57,673 bases of DNA from an uncultured Pseudomonadota bacterium (lineage in GTDB: Bacteria > Myxococcota_A > Polyangia > Fen-1088). The DNA is taken from NCBI GenBank assembly GCA_963847705.1, contig CAWKBC010000002.1:1-57673 (forward strand), in the 5' to 3' direction. Numbering within the stretch: position 1 is the stretch's first letter; every line of letters starts with the position of its first letter. Below are positions 28,308-35,922 of the stretch, piece after piece. The notes under the pieces are model-generated. The model was given only the letters and a program-made list of their open reading frames with translations, was not told the origin of the DNA and did no database searches. A program made the position numbers and the translations under genes.

Positions 28308-29417
28308 ATGCGGAAACTTGGGCAGGGGTCGTGGTCGATTGGACCCTGGATCTTGTTCGTGATGGTGGTCGCGCCCTTGGGACGACCGGCGCACGCCGCC
28401 GAGGAGCCGCTGCTGGTGGTGGTGGAGGCGCCGCCCGCGCTCGACGCCGACGCCGCGGAGATCCGCCGCGCCATCGGAACGGAGCTGAAGGTGCCGACGA
28501 GCGCTCCGATGAGGGCGACGGGCGAGCCGGCGGGTCGCGCGCTGATCGTGGCTCTCGATCACGATCGGATCGCGATGTCGCTGCGTTCGGTCGACGGCGC
28601 CCCCATTGGCCGCATCATCCCCGCGCCGACCGACCCCGCCGCCCGCCTGCGCGCGATCGCCTGGCTGGCCGGAAACCTCGCCCGCGACCAGGTGACGCCG
28701 ATCGTCGCCGAAGCGCCCCTCGACATGCCCTCCCTCGCAACGATTCTGCCAGCACCTCCAGTCACCCCAGCCACCGAGCCACCACCGCTCGCCGAGGTCA
28801 CGCCCGCCGCCCCCTCGCCAGGATCGCTCTCCGAGATTTCGACGATCTCGACGCGAGCGCAGGAGACGAAGAGCTTCACCGGACATTTCTGGACGATCGG
28901 CGTGGCGGACGGACCAACGACCAACTTCCCTCTCTGCGGCCAACCGAGCGGCTGGCCGACGCCCTGTGCCCCGTTCTTTCAGAGCGGGACGGCCTGGCGT
29001 CTGGAGCTTCAGCGACGTTCGAGAATCGACGGATTCTTCCAGGGGGCCGCGCTGGAAGGAACCGCCGGGAGCGGATTCGCGCCGCAACTCATCGGGACCT
29101 CGGCTTTCGTCGGTTCATCGAGACGGCATGGAAGGTGGTCGCTCGAATCGACCATCGGCGTCGGCCTGGAGCTGTCCAATGCTTGCTGCGGGGCGAGCGT
29201 AGTCACCTCAATGCAAACGACCGCCAACGGCTTCGCGTCGACCGTCACAACCGGCGACACCCTCCGTCCGGCACTGTTCGCCGACGGCGCAGTCGCCCTC
29301 GCTCATCCGATCGCCGAGTCCCTGGATGCCGTCCTCCGAATAGGTGCGCATTTATCGACCGACGTTTCCGATTGGTTCCTCTCGGCGACGCTCGGGCTCC
29401 GGTACAATCTGCTGTGA
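28308..29417 (+). CDS. Exported N-domain plus beta-barrel protein (paralogue 2)
   Basis: Shares PLLVVVEAPP.LDADAAEIRRAIGTEL and AARLRAIAWLAGNLARDQVTP with paralogue 1; ends LGLRYNLL. Confidence 0.78.
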   Translation: MRKLGQGSWSIGPWILFVMVVAPLGRPAHAAEEPLLVVVEAPPALDADAAEIRRAIGTELKVPTSAPMRATGEPAGRALIVALDHDRIAMSLRSVDGAPIGRIIPAPTDPAARLRAIAWLAGNLARDQVTPIVAEAPLDMPSLATILPAPPVTPATEPPPLAEVTPAAPSPGSLSEISTISTRAQETKSFTGHFWTIGVADGPTTNFPLCGQPSGWPTPCAPFFQSGTAWRLELQRRSRIDGFFQGAALEGTAGSGFAPQLIGTSAFVGSSRRHGRWSLESTIGVGLELSNACCGASVVTSMQTTANGFASTVTTGDTLRPALFADGAVALAHPIAESLDAVLRIGAHLSTDVSDWFLSATLGLRYNLL

Positions 29418-30013
29418 AAACCCGGCCGCAGCCCCAGCTCGCCGAAAGTCCGCCCACCGTTCCGAACGCGGAGTTTGACGAGCTCTCGCTGGTTACGGCG
29501 CTGCGCGACGGCAACCTCGCGGCGTTGGCGGCGGCATTCGATCGCTGGCATCAACGCGTGCGGGTCATTGCGCGGCGGTTGCTCTCGGATCCAGCGGCAG
29601 CCGAGGATGTCGTGCAAGACGTGTTCGCGTCGCTGCCCCGGGCGATCCGGCGATTTCGCGGCGAGGCGGAGCTCGAGACGTTCCTGCTCGGCATCGCGGT
29701 CAAACGGGTGAGGCGGCATCGTCGCGCGGCGCAGCGGCGGCTGCGAGCGCTCGAACGATTGCGCGTGGTCGACCGGCGCGGACCCGTCGATCCCGAGCAG
29801 AACGCTTACCGGCGGCAGCTCGGCGCGCGGCTGGCGGCGGCGCTCGACGAGCTCCCCTTGCCTCAGCGGGTGGCGTTCGTTCTGTGCGAGGTCGAGGAGC
29901 TGACCTCGGTCCAGGCAGCGGTGATCGCGGACGCGCCCGAGGCGACCGTCCGCACGCGCCTCTTCCACGCGCGTCGCCGGTTGCGTGACCTGCTCGCAGG
30001 GGAGCGCACCTGA
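29414..30013 (+). CDS. ECF RNA polymerase sigma factor
   Basis: AAEDVVQDVF..FRGEAELETFLLGIA (sigma2); LDELPLPQRVAFVL..PEATVRTRLFHARRRL (sigma4); GTGA overlap with upstream gene. Confidence 0.93.
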   Translation: MKTRPQPQLAESPPTVPNAEFDELSLVTALRDGNLAALAAAFDRWHQRVRVIARRLLSDPAAAEDVVQDVFASLPRAIRRFRGEAELETFLLGIAVKRVRRHRRAAQRRLRALERLRVVDRRGPVDPEQNAYRRQLGARLAAALDELPLPQRVAFVLCEVEELTSVQAAVIADAPEATVRTRLFHARRRLRDLLAGERT

Positions 30014-30672
30014 TGCGGCGCCAACCAGAGTCTTTCGCCGCGGCGGTGCATGCGTTCAAGGAGATGACGGCCGCCACCGACGACGCGGCGGCGACGCGGG
30101 CGCGGGTGCTGGCCGCGGCTGACCGCGGCGCGCGCCCGCACGGCGCGCCCCGACGGCTCGCGGTGACGACGGCGATCGCGCTGCTCGTGATCTGTTCGGC
30201 TTCGGTGGCGGGGACGACGCTCGCGCGGCGCTGGCGCCGGCCGGCGGTGGTCGCGATCGAGGAGACGCCGTTGGGCGTCGCGTTCGGATCGTCGACTCGC
30301 GCAGCCCGTCGCGCGTCGGTCGTCATTCCGCCCGTCGTCCCGGCGGCCGACGATGCGCCGGCGCCCGGACCGTCGGACGCCGAGGCCGACGCCTACGGGC
30401 GCGCGCACCGCGCCCACTTCGACGAGAGCGCTCCCGAGCGCGCGCTCGTCGCCTGGGACGATTATTTGCGGCGCTATCCGCGGGGTGCGTTCGAGCCCGA
30501 GGCGCGTTTCAACCGCGCGATCTGCCTGGTGCGCTTGCGGCGCGTCGCGCAGGCCGAGCGCGCGCTGCGCTCATTCGCCGAGGGACGCTTGGGCGGCTAC
30601 CGGCGCGCCGAGGCGGAGCAGCTCCTGGCCTGGCTGCGCGACCGTCCGCCGGCGCCCCCGCCCGCACCGTAG
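30013..30672 (+). CDS. Putative anti-sigma factor: single TM plus periplasmic TPR (BamD-like)
   Basis: TGATG coupling to sigma; TM LAVTTAIALLVICSASVAG; ALVAWDDYLRRYPRGAFEPEARFNRAICL. Confidence 0.72.
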   Translation: MRRQPESFAAAVHAFKEMTAATDDAAATRARVLAAADRGARPHGAPRRLAVTTAIALLVICSASVAGTTLARRWRRPAVVAIEETPLGVAFGSSTRAARRASVVIPPVVPAADDAPAPGPSDAEADAYGRAHRAHFDESAPERALVAWDDYLRRYPRGAFEPEARFNRAICLVRLRRVAQAERALRSFAEGRLGGYRRAEAEQLLAWLRDRPPAPPPAP

Positions 30673-30735
30673 CCGGCGGCCCGCCAAGCTCAACCATACT
30701 TCCCGGAAGTTCCTGTCGATGGTATGCAGGCGGCC

Positions 30736-31353
30736 ATGGAAGCTCTCTTCAGCGTGGCGACGGCGGCTCTCCTTCTCCGATGGGCGCACGTCATCTTCGG
30801 AATCATCTGGATGGGTCACCTCTACTTCTTCAACCTGGTGAACGTCCCCTTCCAGGGTGGGCTCGACAAGGAGCTCAAGCCCAAGGTGAATCCGGCGCTG
30901 CTGCTGCGCGCGTTCTACTGGTTCCGCTGGGCCGCGATGTACACCTTCGTCTTCGGCTGGCTGCTGTTCTTCTGGCACTACCTCGGGCCGGAGCACCTGA
31001 TCGGCTCGCCCGACGGTGGCATGTCCGGCCGCGCGATGTGGATCCTGTACGGCGCGCTGCTCGGCTCGATCATGTGGTTCAACGTCTGGTTCGTCATCTG
31101 GCCGCGGCAGAAGTTGATCCTGGGTGGAATGGCCAGCGGCTCGCCCCACCCCGACGCGGCCAAGCTGGCAGCCACCGCCGGCAAGGCTTCGCGCTTCAAC
31201 ACCTACGCCTCGGGCCCGCTGCTCTTCGCCATGCTCGGCGCCCCGCACTTCTCGATCATGAGCGGCCCGGTCCTGCTGGTGGTGACCGTCGTCGGCGTCG
31301 GGTTCTGGTTCGGAATGATCAAGCGGTCGTTCAAGGTCAAAACAACCGTCTAG
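30736..31353 (+). CDS. PuuD-like (Urate_ox_N) membrane protein, no cytochrome c domain
   Basis: LRWAHVIFGIIWMGHLYFFN, FYWFRWAAMYT, LGSIMWFNVWFVIWPRQK, SRFNTY. Confidence 0.8.
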   Translation: MEALFSVATAALLLRWAHVIFGIIWMGHLYFFNLVNVPFQGGLDKELKPKVNPALLLRAFYWFRWAAMYTFVFGWLLFFWHYLGPEHLIGSPDGGMSGRAMWILYGALLGSIMWFNVWFVIWPRQKLILGGMASGSPHPDAAKLAATAGKASRFNTYASGPLLFAMLGAPHFSIMSGPVLLVVTVVGVGFWFGMIKRSFKVKTTV

Positions 31354-31451
31354 CTCCGTCTCTCACGATTCGTCACATTTTGGCGATCCCTCGGCGCCTC
31401 CGGGGCAGGCCCTGGAGGCGCGCGCGGCTGCCCCCCGCAACATTCGCCTAA

Positions 31452-32150
31452 TCAAGTGGGGTGCGGTCGCGGAGCTGCGGCCGGCCGTTCCTCGACCCGC
31501 AACGACCCGCCGGCGCGCCGCCAGCCGACGCGCGCCATCCAGGTGGACGGCAGGGCCGTGGCCGGCGCGAGCTCCGTGGGCTCCGGTCCTCGCTGCCACC
31601 CCGAAAAGTGGGGCCCGGAGCTCCGTGGGTCGATGCACGGGGGCGCACGCAGGTGCTTCCGGAAGTTGAGCAGCACGTACACCATGCTCGCCCGCGTCTG
31701 CCGCGGCGTCGTGAGCGGGCGGGCGTGGTACCGATCGCCGACCACCTTCCCCCGGCGGCCGAGCGCGCGATTCACCGCCAGGGCCAGTCGGATCGCGAGG
31801 CCATGCATGCCGCCGCGGGTCCGGCGCGGCTCGTCTCCCTCGACGATGAAGTGTCCGTGATCCTGCTGGATCGAGAAATGGACGATTCGAAAGCGATCGA
31901 TCGAGGCGCGGGCGATGGCCCGCCGGAGCGCGCCGAACAGCCGGGGGGAGCGAAGCGACGGCAACCCGGGCGTCGCTCGGATGGTGACCTGCACCGGATA
32001 GCGCGGGTCGATCTTTGGTCGCGTGACGTGCGGCATCGACGGTCGGCCGCGCGGCTTCCGGCCGGCGCCTTTCCGAGCCCCGCCCCACGTTCTCGCCACC
32101 GCAAGCGGCAGTCGCATCTGTCGAGCTGGTCGCGACTTGATTGCGCGCAT
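31452..32150 (-). mobile_element. Y1 HUH transposase (IS200/IS605 TnpA or RAYT-like), myxobacterial type
   Basis: WGGARKGAGRKP, VHFSIQQDHGHFIVE (HUH), DRYHAR, YVLLNFRKH (catalytic Tyr), DPRSS, TW..GWRR; no tnpB. Confidence 0.85.
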
Positions 32151-32520
32151 GTTCTGTCTTCGGCGCGGGAGGCGCCGAGTTGCGCGAGGCTGTCAGCCCG
32201 GGCGAATAGGTGACGGTTTAGCGAGGGCCGGGCATATGGGTGACAGATTCGCAGGCCGCGCGGCTTGATTCGGGGGATGTCCGCTCATGAAGAGACAATC
32301 GGCCGGAATGGGAGCGCGGAACGCCAGCTCGGCGCCGGCGACGTGACGCTGGATGAGCCTCGACGGGCTCTCCCCGACGATATTCGTCCGCTGGGGATCT
32401 AAAAGCCGGTCGTGGACCCTTTACTCAGGTGGTCGGGTCGTAGGCGCGCCGTCCCCCGGGCTGACGCGGCGATCCGAGGTTTGTTCGTGATCGATCCAGC
32501 CACGCAGGAGCATTGAGCCG

Positions 32521-34509
32521 ATGATGAATTCGAATCGCCTCGCTGGCCTGGTGGCCGGACTGGCGCTCGTCGTCTCGGGCTGCGGCACGAGCACTTCGGG
32601 CGGTGATCAGCCGGGGAACGGCGGGGCGGGAGCTTCGGGATCGACTGGCGGCCAGGGGGCCGGAACGGGGGGAACCCCGGGAACCGGTGGCAGCTCGGCC
32701 ACCGGCGGAAGCGTCGGAACGGGTGGGAGCGTGGGCACCGGCACGGGCGGGACGATCGGGAGCGGTGGCGCAGCCACCGGCGGGAGCGGCGCGACCGGGG
32801 GCAGCGCGGGCATGGCAGGAAAGGCGGGCTCCGGCGGGGCGGCCGGCGGAGGGACGGCAGGAAGCAAGGGGACGGGCGGGATGACGACCGCGACGGGGGG
32901 CGCCACCGGCACCGGCGGAACGACCGCGACGGGGGGCGCCACCGGCACCGGCGGAACGACGGCGACGGGCGGGACCACGGGCACCGGCGGAACCACGGGA
33001 CCGGCGCTGGCGTTCCCCGGCGCGCAGGGGTTTGCCAAGAACGTGACCGGCGGGCGGGCGGGCGCCGTGTACCACGTCACCAACCTGAACGACTCCGGGG
33101 CGGGCTCCTTCCGCGATGCCGTGAGCGCCTCGAACCGGATCATCGTGTTCGACGTGGGCGGCTACGTTCAGCTCGTCACCGCCGTGTCGGGCAAGAGCAA
33201 CCTCACCATCGCGGGCCAGACGGCGCCCGGCGGCGGGATCGGATTCCGCGGCGGCGAGATCTCGTTCGCCAGCCAGTCGAACATCATCATCCGCCACCTC
33301 CGCATCCGCCCCGGCAGCGACACGGCCAGCACCGAAGACGACGCGCTCAGCCTCTACCGCGCGCACGACGTCATCGTCGATCACACCTCGCTGGAGTTCG
33401 CCCCCTGGGACGTCATCGACGGCGTCAGCGACGACTGGCAAAACTACCCGGTCACCAACATCACCTTCCAGGACTCGATGATCGCCGACCCGACCGGACA
33501 GCAGTTCGGCGCCCACACCGAGTCGGTCCAGAGCAACTGGTCCTGGTACCGGAACATCTTCGCCAACTCCCACAACCGGAACCCGCTGGCCAAGGTGAAC
33601 ACCGTTTTCGTCAACAACGTGCTCTACAACTATTCGGCCGGGTACACGACGCACACCAGCACCAACTTCACCCACGACATCCTCAACAACTACTTCATCT
33701 TCGGGCCGGCCTCGACGGGGACCGACAACACCTGGTACCAGATCGACAAGAACCAATCGATCTACTGCGCGGGGAACCTCAAGGACTCCAACTTGAACGG
33801 CACCCTGGACGGAACCACCACCACGCCGTACTGGTACCAGGGGACGGGGACGGTGCTGACCAGCCCCTGGTCGACCGAGACCACCGCCACGCCGGCGCTC
33901 GACACGGCCTCCGGGGCGCGGGTCGCGATCTCCGAGGCGGGGACGTTGCCGCGCGATCCGGTCGACGCCTTGATCATCAGCCAGGTGATGACGCTGGGGA
34001 AGGGGACGACCGGAAGCGGCGCCGGTACCGTGGGACCGGGCGGCGGCCTTTACACCAGCCAGGCCGACACCGGCCTGCCCAACAACGGCTATGGCGCGAT
34101 CGCTGGCGGCACGCGCCCCACCGACACGGACAACGACGGCATGCCCGACGACTGGGAGAGCGCCAACGGCTCCAACGTCAACACCAACGACGCCATGACC
34201 AAGGCCGCCGACGGCTACGTCCTCCTCGAGCACTACATCAACTGGCTGGCCGGGCCGCACGCCCAGACCGCGGCCGGGGCCTCGGTCACCTTCGATCTCT
34301 CCAGCTACGCGACGGGGTTCAGCAACGTGTCGCCGACCTACGCCGTCTCGGGCGCGCAAAACGGAACGGTCTCGATGGCGGCGGACAGGCACAGCGCGCA
34401 GTTCCAGCCGACGTCTGGATTCCACGGCATGGGGTCGTTCGCGTTCACGGTGACCGGCTCGGACGGCACCGCCTACTCGAACCAGGTGTCCGTGCTGGTC
34501 ACACCGTAG
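32521..34509 (+). CDS. Lipoprotein pectate lyase (PL1-like) with Gly/Thr linker and C-terminal Ig-like domain
   Basis: Lipobox VSGC; AFPGAQGFAKNVTGGRAG, TIAGQTAPG, VIVDH, RNP, DTDNDGMPDDWE. Confidence 0.9.
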   Translation: MMNSNRLAGLVAGLALVVSGCGTSTSGGDQPGNGGAGASGSTGGQGAGTGGTPGTGGSSATGGSVGTGGSVGTGTGGTIGSGGAATGGSGATGGSAGMAGKAGSGGAAGGGTAGSKGTGGMTTATGGATGTGGTTATGGATGTGGTTATGGTTGTGGTTGPALAFPGAQGFAKNVTGGRAGAVYHVTNLNDSGAGSFRDAVSASNRIIVFDVGGYVQLVTAVSGKSNLTIAGQTAPGGGIGFRGGEISFASQSNIIIRHLRIRPGSDTASTEDDALSLYRAHDVIVDHTSLEFAPWDVIDGVSDDWQNYPVTNITFQDSMIADPTGQQFGAHTESVQSNWSWYRNIFANSHNRNPLAKVNTVFVNNVLYNYSAGYTTHTSTNFTHDILNNYFIFGPASTGTDNTWYQIDKNQSIYCAGNLKDSNLNGTLDGTTTTPYWYQGTGTVLTSPWSTETTATPALDTASGARVAISEAGTLPRDPVDALIISQVMTLGKGTTGSGAGTVGPGGGLYTSQADTGLPNNGYGAIAGGTRPTDTDNDGMPDDWESANGSNVNTNDAMTKAADGYVLLEHYINWLAGPHAQTAAGASVTFDLSSYATGFSNVSPTYAVSGAQNGTVSMAADRHSAQFQPTSGFHGMGSFAFTVTGSDGTAYSNQVSVLVTP

Positions 34510-34579
34510 CGGAAGCTCGTCGTCGCTCCACAGACGGCCTGATGACCGGCCGAAGCTCATCCGTCGCCCGCGACTTAAA

Positions 34580-34607
34580 TTGACGCCGCGGGCGCGAGCG
34601 GGACAAT
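34580..34607 (+). promoter_or_regulatory. Sigma70-like promoter TTGACG-N16-GACAAT just before the ATG
   Basis: ttgacgccgcgggcgcgagcgggacaatcgggcATG. Confidence 0.45.
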
Positions 34608-34612
34608 CGGGC

Positions 34613-35842
34613 ATGTTTGGCCGAATCTGTCGTTTCGCCTGCGCGGCCTGGTGCGCGCTGGGGTTGGCATCGTCGAGCGTGCACGCCGATGAGGCGCCGC
34701 TCGTCCACCCGATCTACGCGCACCTGCCCGACGCGCCCGAGAACGACAGCGCCCGCCAGCTGTTCACGGCGGCGGCCACCCGCTACAACCTCCGCCCGGT
34801 GGAGGTGGTCGACGTCCCGGCGCCCGCCGAGCCGCACGCCCCCGATGACGTGCGCATGGGGATCTTGAACGCCCAGAAGCTGGCCTTCTCGGAAGCCCAG
34901 CACGATCTCGACGCCGCGGCGGCCGAGATCGCCACGACCGGGGGCGCCGGGCTGACCGCCGCCGAGCTGGGGGATCTGTATCTGTTCCGCGCGATGGCCA
35001 CGGCGCGGGCGGACTGGAACGCGCAGCCGGGCGCCGCGCCCACCGACGCGCGGACCAAAGCCTTCGACGACTATCTGCGCGCGGCGACGCTCGCGCCGAG
35101 CCGGACGCTGAACGAACGCGAGCTGCCGCCGCAGGTGGTGGCCGACTTCAAGCGCGCGCAGGAGATCATTCACAAGCGCCCGCTCGGGACGCTCATCGTC
35201 AAAGGACCGGCCGACGCCCAGGTGGCGCTCGACGGCGGACCGCTGATGCCGATCGCCGGCGGCGTGACGATCCACGACGTCAGCTTTGGCGAGCACCTGC
35301 TGCGGGTCGAGCAGATCGGGTTCGCCCCCTGGGGGACCATCGTCCCCTTCGGGCAACCGTCGGTGGAGATCGACGTCCCCACCCGCGCGGCGCTGACGCT
35401 CGACGACGCCACCGCGGCGGCCCACGGGCGCCGGATGGGCGCCCGCTTCGCGCTGGTCGCCGCCGCCAAGGGGGGCCCGGGATCGCCGGTCGAGATCAGC
35501 CTGGTCGACACCGGCAGCGGCGCGCGTCGAGACTCCGCGCTCGTTCCGACCACCGGTGAGGCGGGGCAGATCGACGCGGCGGTCATGCGCCTCGACGAGG
35601 AGGCGCGCCGGGTGATGCTGGAGCAGCAGTCGGCCAGCGGTGGGGCGCCGCCGCCCGTGGCGATCGAGCCGACCGCCGGGTCGATGGGTCCCCCTCTCCT
35701 GCTCACGCCGGCGCCCACCAAGGTGAGATTCAGCGACGATCCGGCCGCCTGGGCCCGTGACCACTGGCCGCTGCTGACCGCCATCGGTGTCGTCGCCGTG
35801 ACGGCCATCGTTCTCACGGCCGCCGTCTCCAGCGACAGATAG
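34613..35842 (+). CDS. Exported TPR-like/PEGA-domain protein with C-terminal TM anchor
   Basis: Signal peptide; GTLIVKGPADAQVALDG..GEHLLRVEQIGFAPW (PEGA); C-terminal WPLLTAIGVVAVTAIVL. Confidence 0.78.
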   Translation: MFGRICRFACAAWCALGLASSSVHADEAPLVHPIYAHLPDAPENDSARQLFTAAATRYNLRPVEVVDVPAPAEPHAPDDVRMGILNAQKLAFSEAQHDLDAAAAEIATTGGAGLTAAELGDLYLFRAMATARADWNAQPGAAPTDARTKAFDDYLRAATLAPSRTLNERELPPQVVADFKRAQEIIHKRPLGTLIVKGPADAQVALDGGPLMPIAGGVTIHDVSFGEHLLRVEQIGFAPWGTIVPFGQPSVEIDVPTRAALTLDDATAAAHGRRMGARFALVAAAKGGPGSPVEISLVDTGSGARRDSALVPTTGEAGQIDAAVMRLDEEARRVMLEQQSASGGAPPPVAIEPTAGSMGPPLLLTPAPTKVRFSDDPAAWARDHWPLLTAIGVVAVTAIVLTAAVSSDR

Positions 35843-35871
35843 CGATCGATAATCGGCGCAGATACCGACAT

Positions 35872-35915
35872 TTGACCAACGATTGACCGTTAGGAAACAG
35901 ACGCGCCGCTAACGT
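35872..35915 (+). promoter_or_regulatory. nirB upstream region: TTGACC direct repeat (11-bp period) and -10-like TAACGT
   Basis: ttgaccaacgattgacc...taacgt-cgttttc-ATG. Confidence 0.45.
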
Positions 35916-35922
35916 CGTTTTC

